NCBI RefSeq assembly: GCF_002432345.1
Contig: NZ_DJDT01000299.1
Location: 2,454-66,453, forward strand
DNA: 64,000 bases
Reading direction: 5' to 3'
Source of the DNA: Pedobacter sp. UBA5917
GTDB taxonomy: Bacteria; Bacteroidota; Bacteroidia; Sphingobacteriales; Sphingobacteriaceae
The notes under the pieces were generated by a model. The model was not told where the DNA came from, made no database searches, and saw nothing but the letters and a program-made list of their open reading frames with translations. The position numbers and the translations under genes were made by a program. Below, in pieces: positions 53,444 through 64,000 of the stretch (its first letter is position 1; every line of letters begins with the position of its first letter).

Positions 53444-54646
53444 ATGATAAAGAAATTACCCGTTACCGTATTAAGCGGTTTCCTGGGCAGTGGTAAAACC
53501 ACTTTACTAAACGCTATTTTAAGGAACAAACAGGATTTAAAAGTAGCCGTAATTGTGAATGATATGAGCGAGGTGAACATCGATGCTGCGCTGGTTAAAA
53601 ACCAAAATACCTTATCCAAAACCGAAGAGCGGCTGGTTGAAATGAGCAATGGCTGTATCTGCTGTACTTTGCGCGAAGACCTGATGATTGAAGTAGAGAA
53701 ACTGGCAAAAGAAAACCGTTTTGATTATTTATTGATTGAAAGTACGGGAATATCAGAACCTATTCCTGTTGCACAGACCTTTTCGTTTATTGATGAAGCC
53801 TCGGGCATAGATTTGAGCAGGTTTAGCAACCTGGATACCATGGTAACCGTGGTTGATGCCTACAATTTCTACAAGGATTTTGGCTCGGCCGAAAAGCTGG
53901 CTGATAGGAATATGGTTGATGATGAGACCGATAGGCGCACCATTGTAAACCTGCTTACCGACCAGATTGAATTTGCCAATGTAATTTTACTGAATAAAAC
54001 CGACCTGGTTAGCGATGCGGATATTAAGGTATTAAGGGCTTTGATCACAAAATTAAACCCAGGGGCAAAAATTTACCAAACGCGTTTTGGCGAAATAGAT
54101 CCTACCCTGATTTTAAATACAGGATTGTTCGATTTCGATTCCGCATCTGAAGGTGCCGGCTGGAAAAAAGAACTGGAAGAAATACACCTACCCGAAACAG
54201 AAGAGTATGGCATCAGCTCTACGGTTTTCCGTTCTAAAAAACCCTTTCACCCTGAAAGATTATGGAATTACATCAACAAGGAGTTTCCCCAGCATGTAAT
54301 CCGCTCAAAAGGTATATTTTATCTTGCAGCCATGCCCGAACAGGCCATTAATTTTTCGCAGGCAGGCGGTTCGTTACGCATCGATCCGGCCGGTGTTTGG
54401 TGGGCAAGCATGGATCTGCAGGAACGCGAACAGTATAGCGATTATTTAGAGAACAGGGCAGAAATACATGCCGATTGGGATGGTGATTTTGGCGACCGTA
54501 AAAACGAACTGGTTTTTATAGGTCAGGATATGGACAATGAGGAGTTGAAAAAATCTTTAGAAGCCTGTTTATTGACACCCACTGAAATACAACAATATAA
54601 GTCGAAAATGAGCTTTAACAACCCATTTGGGCAGGTGATAAGTTAA
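53444..54646 (+). CDS. COG0523-family GTPase (CobW/ZigA-like zinc metallochaperone)
   Basis: P-loop GFLGSGKTT and the CxCC motif GCICCT. Start moved to MIKKLPVTVLSG (53444). Confidence 0.85.
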   Translation: MIKKLPVTVLSGFLGSGKTTLLNAILRNKQDLKVAVIVNDMSEVNIDAALVKNQNTLSKTEERLVEMSNGCICCTLREDLMIEVEKLAKENRFDYLLIESTGISEPIPVAQTFSFIDEASGIDLSRFSNLDTMVTVVDAYNFYKDFGSAEKLADRNMVDDETDRRTIVNLLTDQIEFANVILLNKTDLVSDADIKVLRALITKLNPGAKIYQTRFGEIDPTLILNTGLFDFDSASEGAGWKKELEEIHLPETEEYGISSTVFRSKKPFHPERLWNYINKEFPQHVIRSKGIFYLAAMPEQAINFSQAGGSLRIDPAGVWWASMDLQEREQYSDYLENRAEIHADWDGDFGDRKNELVFIGQDMDNEELKKSLEACLLTPTEIQQYKSKMSFNNPFGQVIS

Positions 54647-54750
54647 ATTGGGCATAATAGTAGATAAAATGAACAAAATGGTAGTTTTTGTACTACAATA
54701 TTAACTTTTATTTTGTTTAAATTTGGTTTATCCCAACAAGCCAACTTATT

Positions 54751-54927
54751 ATGATCCCATCCGAAGAATTAACCCTGGTTAAAAGCCGCTTATCCTGTCC
54801 GAAGTGCAAAAACTTCGAAACTTACAGGGTACCGAGAGGTTTTATCTTTAAAACACTTATGCCATTTATCTCAGTAAAGAGATATAAGTGTTATAAGTGC
54901 TTTAACAAGTTTTACGTATTCAATTAA
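54751..54927 (+). CDS. unannotated 58 aa zinc-ribbon protein (CxxC-N27-CxxC)
   Basis: MIPSEELTLVKSRLSCPKCKNFETYRVPRGFIFKTLMPFISVKRYKCYKCFNKFYVFN. It falls below the ORF-track size cutoff and is followed by a clean terminator. Confidence 0.5.
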   Translation: MIPSEELTLVKSRLSCPKCKNFETYRVPRGFIFKTLMPFISVKRYKCYKCFNKFYVFN

Positions 54928-54954
54928 CCTCTATAAATATTGCAAACTCATTTA

Positions 54955-54977
54955 AGCCACTCATAGTGGCTTTTTTG
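54955..54977 (+). terminator. rho-independent terminator after the zinc-ribbon small ORF
   Basis: AAGCCACT-cat-AGTGGCTT followed by TTTTT. Confidence 0.7.
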
Positions 54978-54994
54978 GCTATGGGCAAAACCTA

Positions 54995-55711
54995 TTACTT
55001 TAATAATACTGCTTGCTGCAATTTTTTAAATACGTATTCCTTATAACTCGCCCCTATCGGCAGTTCCTTTGTGCCAATTTCTATATCATAATTGGTAAAA
55101 GCACTTATTTTTTTCATGTTAACGATAAACGAGCGATGGATCCGCAAAAATTCTTTACCGCTAAGTTCTGTTTCCAGATCGCCGATTTTGTACTTCGCGG
55201 TAATCTTTCTATCCGCACAATGGATGGTGATATAATCTTTTAAACTTTCGATATAAAGTACCTCATCTTTATTCAGGTTATGAAACTTGCCCCCTGCTTT
55301 GATATGGATAAACTGTGCTTCCTTTCCCTTCAAATTTTCGATTTGATATATCGGGTTTTTTAACCTTAAATAACGGTCTACCGCCTTAAAAAAGCGGTCG
55401 AAAGTAATGGGTTTTAACAGGTAATCAATTAAATCGAGATCGTAGCCCTCAATGGCATATTCGCGGTAAGCCGTGGTAATAATTACAGCAGGTGGGTTTT
55501 TAAGGGTTTTTAAAAAATCAATCCCCGTAATCTGCGGCATTTTAATATCAAGGAACAGAAGATCTACAGGAGTGCTTCGCAATAGCTCCAGGGCCTTAAT
55601 CGCATTAGAACAGGTGCCCACAACCTCAAAAGTATCCAACAGCCTGATATGGTTCTGGATGAGCTGTATGGCCAATGGCTCATCATCAACTAAAAGACAT
55701 CTCACTTTCAT
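54995..55711 (-). CDS. LytTR-family response regulator
   Basis: Receiver domain (LLVDDEPLA...DLLFLDIKMP) plus a C-terminal LytTR DNA-binding domain (FLRIHRSFIVN). Confidence 0.9.
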   Translation of the reverse strand: MKVRCLLVDDEPLAIQLIQNHIRLLDTFEVVGTCSNAIKALELLRSTPVDLLFLDIKMPQITGIDFLKTLKNPPAVIITTAYREYAIEGYDLDLIDYLLKPITFDRFFKAVDRYLRLKNPIYQIENLKGKEAQFIHIKAGGKFHNLNKDEVLYIESLKDYITIHCADRKITAKYKIGDLETELSGKEFLRIHRSFIVNMKKISAFTNYDIEIGTKELPIGASYKEYVFKKLQQAVLLK

Positions 55712-56801
55712 AACTTTGTTTTGATTTGATGATGTGGTTCTTCAGGTTGATGTGCAACAGTGCTACAAAAATATAATCGTGGGTTGAAATACTAAAATCA
55801 TACAGATCAGGATAAATCAGCTGTAGCTGTTTGGTAACATTGTTAATCCCGATCCTTCCATTTTCTTCACCATTGCCAGGGACAAAACTATTTGAAACCA
55901 TAAACCTAAAACGCCCCGCTATTAATTTCATGTCGATATTGATTACCGGGAGCCCAACATCTTCCCCTGCCCCATGCTTAAAAGCATTTTCTACCAGCGA
56001 TAATAAAATTAATGGCGCAATCATGCTTTCCTCATCAACCGAATGCGTAAAATTAACCTGTAAACGCTTGCCATACCTTAGTTGTTCGAGCTCTATATAA
56101 TTTTTGATCAGGTTTATTTCAGCCGATAATGGTACATACATTCCATTACATCTATATAAAACGTGATCCAGTATTTCAGACAAACCTGCTATCGATCTCG
56201 AAGTGATTGGGGAATTGATGAGCGAAAGCGAATAAATGTTATTTAATGTATTAAATAGAAAATGTGGATTGAGCTGTGCCTTTAAAGCTTTCAATTCTGT
56301 TTCGGCCCTTTCTTTTTCAACAGAAAGCTGGTGCTGTTGCGCAATATATTGCGCTTTGATCAATTTGATGAAAGCAAATATCCAGGCGGCTGAAAAAGTT
56401 AAGGGAAAGTAATGTGTAATAAGTTTGGGAATATCCATCATAATTTCAAGGATAGTTTCCTGTTCAAAAGGCGGTATTCTGATAATCGGTTCCAGAATAT
56501 GAACAACTACAATTCTTGCGCATACACAAATAACATAACTACCTGCAAAAAAATAAATTGCAACTGCATAATATTTCTTTGCCGAAATCAATCTTGGAAT
56601 GATCACATAGGCCAAAAAATAGGAAGCAACAATAGTGAACGAGATATAAAAGGTATGTCTTACCAGAATGTTATAAAAATCACTATACTCCTGTATATCG
56701 TAACGGTTTAGGAATACAATAGTGGTAATGAGCCAAAAAATTATGTGGCTAAGGAACCGGTGCGCGGAACTGAACTTCGCTATCCTTTCTATCAGTGGCA
56801 T
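55686..56801 (-). CDS. LytS/YehU-type sensor histidine kinase
   Basis: Multi-TM N-terminus. LKAQLNPHFLFNTLNNI (His_kinase PF06580-type H-box). HATPase region. Overlaps the response regulator start by 26 nt. Confidence 0.85.
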   Translation of the reverse strand: MPLIERIAKFSSAHRFLSHIIFWLITTIVFLNRYDIQEYSDFYNILVRHTFYISFTIVASYFLAYVIIPRLISAKKYYAVAIYFFAGSYVICVCARIVVVHILEPIIRIPPFEQETILEIMMDIPKLITHYFPLTFSAAWIFAFIKLIKAQYIAQQHQLSVEKERAETELKALKAQLNPHFLFNTLNNIYSLSLINSPITSRSIAGLSEILDHVLYRCNGMYVPLSAEINLIKNYIELEQLRYGKRLQVNFTHSVDEESMIAPLILLSLVENAFKHGAGEDVGLPVINIDMKLIAGRFRFMVSNSFVPGNGEENGRIGINNVTKQLQLIYPDLYDFSISTHDYIFVALLHINLKNHIIKSKQSYESEMSFS

Positions 56802-57045
56802 TTACACAAAGATACAATTCTCGACTGCTTGGTTAACCATTGTAGACGAATGCTCCAAAAATGCAGATGGATATGGGAGATAAGGATATGAATAGGTAAG
56901 ACTATATCTTAACTCAGCAACAAATTGGTCACGGATTCGCAGATTAACAGGTAGAATTACATCCCCCACCCTGTCATTCTGAACATACTGAAGAATCTTT
57001 TTTAATGGAGTTATTTTTATATCGCAACCAATAGAAAAATCAATC

Positions 57046-57495
57046 TTAAGATGATTGAACAACTGCATTAAAAATTCGCTGCATTTTATTTTTCACATCT
57101 ATTCCTCTCTGAATATTAAGTACAACAACAACAAGTGCAAAGGGAAAAACCATATAACCAATTAGAAAACACATCAATGCCAGAACAATTATTGCAAACA
57201 ATGGTCCTGCGATAGATACTGAAAATAGAAATTTCAAGCTTTGATGATGATTATTTTCAATGATTTCAAAGCTACCGCTGTTTATCCTTTCCCAGGTTTC
57301 AAAAGGACTTGCTTTTCTGCCCGCGTATTTATAATCTTTAAAGATGGTTTTATTGGGTAACCTACCTAAAATACTGTAGTCTAGCTTTTTTAACTCACCG
57401 GTGATACGGTGTTGAAGAATTTCGAGTGGTGCATCAACTTCCCGTTCTATCTTAAATTCAAGCCCAATGAAAAAAGCTTTTATTTTTAATTTCAT
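57046..57495 (-). CDS. hypothetical membrane protein
   Basis: 149 aa ORF with two adjacent TM helices near the C-terminus. No family recognised. Confidence 0.45.
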   Translation of the reverse strand: MKLKIKAFFIGLEFKIEREVDAPLEILQHRITGELKKLDYSILGRLPNKTIFKDYKYAGRKASPFETWERINSGSFEIIENNHHQSLKFLFSVSIAGPLFAIIVLALMCFLIGYMVFPFALVVVVLNIQRGIDVKNKMQRIFNAVVQSS

Positions 57496-57509
57496 TGGGC
57501 CTGTAAATA

Positions 57510-58796
57510 TTATTCGGCAATTAAAAGGAAGTAGTTTTTCTTTCCTTTTTGAACCACGATAAATTTATCGTTTATTAAATGATCTGTATTAAATACCTGA
57601 GCCATTTCAGCTACTTTTTCTTTATTTACAGAAACGCCTCCACCTTGAATGGTTTTTTTAGCCTCTCCTTTCGAAGGGAAAATTGCTGATTTTTCTGCGA
57701 ACAAGGTAGCAGCATCGATACCAGCACTCAATTCTGACTTTAAGATATTGAATTGCGGAATACCTTCGAACATTTCTAATACCTGTTTCTCCGATAAACT
57801 TTTTAAAAACTCTAATGATCCGTTTCCGAACAAAAATTCGGATGTTTTAATGGCGGTCTCCAAAGCTTCAACCGAGTGGGTTTTAATGGTAATATCTTCA
57901 GCCAGGGCTTTCTGTAAAATACGCAGATGCGGTGCAGCATCGTGTTCTTTTTCTAAAGCCTCAATTTCTTCTTTATTTTTTAAAGTGAAAATACGGATCC
58001 ATTTTTTCACATCATCATCCGATGCGTTTAACCAAAACTGGTAAAATTTATATGGAGAAGTTTTTTCCGGATCTAACCAAACAGCACCACTTTCCGTTTT
58101 ACCGAATTTGGTCCCATCTGCTTTTTTAATCAGTTGGGTTGTGATGGCATAAGCTGTTCCGGCATCTTTTCTTCTGATCAACTCCGTACCGGTAACAATA
58201 TTGCCCCATTGATCGGATCCACCCATTTGTACCAAACAGTTTTCATTTTTCCATAAATGATAAAAATCGTAACCCTGGATCAACTGGTAGCAGAATTCCG
58301 TAAAAGATAGTCCAGAATCACCCTCCAAACGTCTTTTAACGCTATCCTTGGCCATCATGTAGTTTACGGTAATGTGTTTACCTACATCCCTGATAAAGGT
58401 AAAAAGATTCATATCCTTAAACCAATCGGCATTATTTACCATTACTGCACCATTGCCACCATCTTCAAATTTAAGGAACTTGGCCAATTGCTTTTTCATT
58501 CCTTTTAGGTTATGCTCGATCATTTCGGGCGTTTGCAGGTTGCGCTCGTCGGATTTACCCGATGGATCGCCCACCATGCCGGTAGCACCACCAACCAGGG
58601 CAAATGGTTTGTGCCCGGCGTTTTGAAAGTGGATCAGTGTCATGATCTGCGTTAAGTGCCCAACATGCAACGAATCTGCAGTAGGGTCGAAACCGATATA
58701 ACCAGATGTCATACCTTCGTTTAACTTTTCCTCAGTATTCGGCATAATATCATGCAGCATGCCACGCCATCTTAACTCTTCAACAAAATTCGTCAT
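57510..58796 (-). CDS. tyrS: tyrosine--tRNA ligase
   Basis: HIGH-type motif SLHVGHL, KMSKS-type motif KFGKTESG, C-terminal S4-like domain. Confidence 0.95.
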   Translation of the reverse strand: MTNFVEELRWRGMLHDIMPNTEEKLNEGMTSGYIGFDPTADSLHVGHLTQIMTLIHFQNAGHKPFALVGGATGMVGDPSGKSDERNLQTPEMIEHNLKGMKKQLAKFLKFEDGGNGAVMVNNADWFKDMNLFTFIRDVGKHITVNYMMAKDSVKRRLEGDSGLSFTEFCYQLIQGYDFYHLWKNENCLVQMGGSDQWGNIVTGTELIRRKDAGTAYAITTQLIKKADGTKFGKTESGAVWLDPEKTSPYKFYQFWLNASDDDVKKWIRIFTLKNKEEIEALEKEHDAAPHLRILQKALAEDITIKTHSVEALETAIKTSEFLFGNGSLEFLKSLSEKQVLEMFEGIPQFNILKSELSAGIDAATLFAEKSAIFPSKGEAKKTIQGGGVSVNKEKVAEMAQVFNTDHLINDKFIVVQKGKKNYFLLIAE

Positions 58797-58943
58797 TGTA
58801 CAAACACTTTAATAATGTGCGTGCAAAGATAAAATTTTAGCTTAGTTTAAAGCAAATTAGTTGGTTTTGTAAAACAGGTTTTATTGCGTTAATATTTTAC
58901 CGTACAAACTTTACAACCCTAACAGAAAATATTACCTTGCAGC

Positions 58944-59621
58944 ATGAACTTCTTATCCCATTATTATTTCGATAGAACAAGTGAAAACGCCAATGTGGTA
59001 ATGGGAACGGTTTTGCCGGATCTGATTAAAAATGCGGTAAAAGAAGCCAATTTATACCCGCAGAAAAACGAGTTTCTGTTTAAGGGGAACCCTGATGAAG
59101 AAAGTTTGCTAAGCGGCTGGAAAAGACATTTGGCTGTAGACCTGTTTTTTCATTCTTCCAATTTCTTTCTGGAAAAAACCACCGAACTTAAACAGCTTAT
59201 TAAGCCTATTGTAGAAAATACTTTGGTAAGGCCTTCATTTTTGGCCCATATTGGTTTAGAGCTTTTGCTCGATCATTTATTGATCGAACATAATTTAATT
59301 CAGGTGCACCACTTTTACGATAAACTAAACGCGGTAAAAAAAGAATCGTTGAGCGATTTCCTTGAACACTGTAAGCTAAAAGAACCAGAGGTATTTTTTA
59401 ACTTTTTAGAGAAATTTATCAGTAGTAAATACCTGTTAAGCTATCAGCAGCTCGAAAACATCAGTTATGCGCTTAACAGGATTTGTATGCGCCTGTGGCC
59501 CGAAACATTGAACGAAAAACAGCTCCAACAGCTTACGTTGGAACTAACTATTTTTAAAGAGATTTTACAAAAGGATTTTATGGATATTTTTAAAGAGATT
59601 GAAGGGAAGATAAATTTGTAA
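58944..59621 (+). CDS. acpH: acyl carrier protein phosphodiesterase-like protein (DUF479)
   Basis: The N-terminus MNFLSHYYF resembles the AcpH family start MNFLAH. All-helical and the right size. Confidence 0.6.
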   Translation: MNFLSHYYFDRTSENANVVMGTVLPDLIKNAVKEANLYPQKNEFLFKGNPDEESLLSGWKRHLAVDLFFHSSNFFLEKTTELKQLIKPIVENTLVRPSFLAHIGLELLLDHLLIEHNLIQVHHFYDKLNAVKKESLSDFLEHCKLKEPEVFFNFLEKFISSKYLLSYQQLENISYALNRICMRLWPETLNEKQLQQLTLELTIFKEILQKDFMDIFKEIEGKINL

Positions 59622-59628
59622 AGGCACC

Positions 59629-59706
59629 CGTCATCTCGACTGAAACGTAGTGGAATGGAGAGATCTAACTGGAGATAGGTCTCTCGACTCCGATCGAGAG
59701 GACGAT
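59629..59706. repeat. REP-A element, copy 4
   Basis: CGTCATCTCGACTGAAACGTAGTGGAATGGAGAGATCTAACTGGAGATAGGTCTCTCGACTCCGATCGAGAGGACGA. Confidence 0.8.
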
Positions 59707-59784
59707 GCGACCGGTAATTTATTCTAATTAGTTTTTTTGTTTTCCACAGCATAAAACCCTTTCATCCTTTTTTTATATTTGTAG

Positions 59785-61797
<2,013 letters not shown>

Positions 61798-61800
61798 AAA

Positions 61801-62125
61801 AATGAAAGAATGATTGAGTTTTGAATGATTGAATGCAGTAAGCAATCGTTCCGTTTAAAATTCAATAATTAAAAGTGAATGAATGATTGAGTTTTGAATG
61901 ATTGAATGTAGTGAAGCATTTCAATCCCTCATTCAAAATTCAATAATTAAAAGTGAGTGAATGAATGATAGGGTTTTGAATGATTGAATGTAATGAAGCA
62001 ATCATTCATTCAAAATTCAATAATTAAAAATTAAAAGTAAAAATGAGAGAGTGATTGAATGGTGAATGGTCGAATGTGGTAAAGCATTCATTCAGTCCCT
62101 CATTCAAAATTCAATAATTATAAGT
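61801..62125. repeat. array of four tandem hairpin units of about 76-94 bp between ligA and dapA
   Basis: Each unit has TTTTGAATGATTGAATG...CATTCATTCAAAATTCAATAATTAAAAG. The AAATTCAATAATTA(A/T)AAG anchor recurs at 61857, 61936, 62012 and 62106. Confidence 0.85.
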
Positions 62126-62129
62126 TAAA

Positions 62130-63017
62130 ATGAACAAATTTCAGGGTACTGGTGTAGCTTTGGTTACGCCTTTCAACACAGATGGATCAGTTGATTATAA
62201 TGGCTTAAAAAACGTGATTAATCATTTGGTAGACGGAGGGATAGATTACCTCGTTTCTTTAGGTACAACCGGCGAAACCGCTACAATGACCAAGGACGAG
62301 AAGAAGAAGGTGTGGGCCTATACTGCTGAAATTAACAATAACAGATTGCCTTTGGTTGCCGGAATCGGCGGAAACAACACTTTAGCAGTTGCCGAAGACA
62401 TTAAAACATTCGACGCCACAGGTTATAGCGCTATTTTATCGGTTAGTCCGTATTACAATAAACCTACACAGGAAGGAATTTATCAGCATTACAAACATTT
62501 GTCTGAAATTTCTCCTTTAGATTTAATTTTATACAACGTACCTGGACGTACCGGAAGCAACATGAGTGCCGAAACCACCTGCAGATTGGCGCACGATTTT
62601 AAAAACATCATTGCAACCAAAGAAGCGTCGGGCAGTTTCGATCAATTTAACCAGATTATGAGGGATAAACCCAAAGATTTCCTTTTAATCTCTGGTGATG
62701 ATCCGGTTACCTTGCCTATGATTGCCTTAGGTGCATCTGGTATTATCTCTGTAATAGGAAATGCCCTACCTAAACAGTTTACTGAAATGGTAAACCTATG
62801 TTTGGACGGCGATTATAAAGCAGCTTTACCTGCGCATTTAAGCTTAATCGAGTTTACCCGTTTGGCTTTTGCCGAAGGTAATCCGGCCGGGGTTAAAGCA
62901 GCCTTAAAACATATCGGCATTTGTGGTGATACCGTTCGTTTGCCGTTGGTTAAAGCTTCTTCTGCCCTCGAACAATTAATTATCGCAGAAGTAGAAAAAT
63001 TAAGTGTAACAGCTTAA
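62130..63017 (+). CDS. dapA: 4-hydroxy-tetrahydrodipicolinate synthase
   Basis: GTTGE motif, YNVPGRT, and the active-site Lys region ATKEASG. Confidence 0.95.
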   Translation: MNKFQGTGVALVTPFNTDGSVDYNGLKNVINHLVDGGIDYLVSLGTTGETATMTKDEKKKVWAYTAEINNNRLPLVAGIGGNNTLAVAEDIKTFDATGYSAILSVSPYYNKPTQEGIYQHYKHLSEISPLDLILYNVPGRTGSNMSAETTCRLAHDFKNIIATKEASGSFDQFNQIMRDKPKDFLLISGDDPVTLPMIALGASGIISVIGNALPKQFTEMVNLCLDGDYKAALPAHLSLIEFTRLAFAEGNPAGVKAALKHIGICGDTVRLPLVKASSALEQLIIAEVEKLSVTA

Positions 63018-63045
63018 TCATCTATCGATATTTTTAATTTATAAC

Positions 63046-63112
63046 CGTCACCCTGAATTTATTTCAGGGTCTTTCATGCCAAAAAGATGCTGAAATAAAT
63101 TAAGCATGACGA
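63046..63112. repeat. REP-B double-hairpin element, copy 2
   Basis: CGTCACCCTGAATTTATTTCAGGGTC...GATGCTGAAATAAATTAAGCATGACGA. Confidence 0.8.
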
Positions 63113-63122
63113 TTGTATAAGT

Positions 63123-63161
63123 AAAAACGCCTTTGAAAAATTTTCAAAGGCGTTTTGTTTT
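63123..63161. terminator. bidirectional terminator between dapA and the GNAT gene
   Basis: ACGCCTTTGAAAA-a-TTTTCAAAGGCGT flanked by an A-run and a T-run. Confidence 0.8.
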
Positions 63162-63162
63162 A

Positions 63163-63645
63163 TCATGCAATTAATTTATTTCTTCTTTCGAGTAACAGGT
63201 TATCCTGCCAAACACCTTTTGCTTTACCTATCTTTTCACGGTAACCTACAACCCTGAACCCAGCTTTTTCATGGATTTTTAACGAGGCCGAATTCTGAAG
63301 GAAAATTCCTGCCTGCAGCATCCAGATTCCTTTTTTCTCACTTTCGGCAATCAAGGCATTTAACAGAGAAGAACCGATGCCCTGTCCTTTATAACCCTGT
63401 TTAACATATACTTCGATCTCTCCTACCCCTCCAACATCATAATTGGCCATTACCGGCAAAAGGGCACACCAACCAACAATTTCCTTGTCTTGTAAAATTA
63501 CAAATCTGCAGGCCTTGAGGTGTGATGAATCCCAGTCTTTCCACGAAATGTCCGGTCTTCTAAAACTTGCTGTACCTGTTTCAATTCCTTCCCGATAAAT
63601 AGCACTGATTTCTTCCCAATCAGCAGAGCGCATAATTCTAATCAT
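63163..63645 (-). CDS. GNAT-family N-acetyltransferase (phosphinothricin-acetyltransferase-like)
   Basis: 160 aa. The acetyl-CoA-binding block is QGYKGQGIGSSLL. Confidence 0.8.
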   Translation of the reverse strand: MIRIMRSADWEEISAIYREGIETGTASFRRPDISWKDWDSSHLKACRFVILQDKEIVGWCALLPVMANYDVGGVGEIEVYVKQGYKGQGIGSSLLNALIAESEKKGIWMLQAGIFLQNSASLKIHEKAGFRVVGYREKIGKAKGVWQDNLLLERRNKLIA

Positions 63646-63828
63646 AGTTTAATCAATTTGGGGTTTATTAAGCTATAAAATCTATAGTTTATGTTTGTTT
63701 CATAAAATTAACTAAACACAATGTTAATCGCATATTATACAGAAACAAGTTTGTCCTGTATTATAAATCAACACAACTATATAAAGAAAAGTACCAACTA
63801 AGGGCTTTTTTGTAACAAAAACGTTAAA

Positions 63829-64000
63829 TCAACGTTTTTCTTTATCCAAGCTTTTGGCATATTCTACAGGGCTCATTCCTACCAGTTTTTTAAAAGCGCT
63901 GTAAAAGGCACTTCTTGATGAAAAACCGGCACTGTAAGCGAGTGCCTCCAAGGTGAAATTCTGCATAATTTCATGATTGGCGATACTTTCCTTAATCCAG
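63829..64000 (-). CDS. AraC-family transcriptional regulator, C-terminal HTH only (5' part outside window)
   Basis: The minus-strand translation ...FTLEALAYSAGFSSRSAFYSAFKKLVGMSPVEYAK... is the second AraC HTH. Stop at 63829-63831. Confidence 0.7.
   Translation of the reverse strand, partial: WIKESIANHEIMQNFTLEALAYSAGFSSRSAFYSAFKKLVGMSPVEYAKSLDKEKR

Noticed and set aside
56802-57068. 88 aa minus-strand ORF abutting the histidine-kinase start.
   Set aside because: It overlaps the 149 aa ORF by 23 nt and has no motif, signal peptide or TM segment. It could be real, but the sequence alone does not support it.

Overview
This 64 kb window looks like a chromosomal segment of a Bacteroidota genome, probably Sphingobacteriaceae (Pedobacter/Mucilaginibacter-like). 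The taxon is inferred from T9SS PorP/SprF genes, type-B CTD cargo, a CarboxypepD_reg TonB-dependent receptor, many TAnnTTTG -7 promoter boxes and no Shine-Dalgarno sequences. I saw no rRNA, tRNA, CRISPR array, transposase or integrase.

Housekeeping genes:
- Central carbon: pfkA, gap, glgB with a GH31 glucosidase.
- Biosynthesis: ribE, biotin carboxylase, ltaE, dapA.
- Information processing: tyrS, ligA.

Five things stand out:
1. 25.4-35.4 kb, minus strand. A four-gene T9SS cassette is duplicated in tandem. Each copy encodes a ~720 aa adhesin-like protein, a ~235 aa Ig-like protein, a ~313 aa protein with a DUF11 domain and a type-B CTD, and a dedicated PorP/SprF protein. Only one of the three secreted proteins per cassette has a recognisable T9SS sorting domain. 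This is my best candidate for an undescribed surface system.
2. A Nudix-related (NrtR-family) regulator with a degenerate Nudix box. A 19 bp palindrome (TAGTGTA-N5-TACACTA) recurs upstream of pfkA-badF-gap, a second BadF-type kinase, the GH31-glgB operon, and at one orphan site. This implies a central-carbohydrate regulon.
3. 49.2-54.9 kb. A Zur-like zinc island: Fur-family regulator, three tandem DUF3299 genes, MacB-like ABC transporter, MerC-like protein, COG0523 GTPase, a paired operator motif, and an unannotated CxxC zinc-ribbon small ORF.
4. A stand-alone AAA ATPase with a PD-(D/E)xK-like C-terminus (DUF234 type), preceded by a 54 bp tandem repeat.
5. Three families of hairpin-forming intergenic repeats.

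All family assignments come from motif recognition by eye. No database searches were run.
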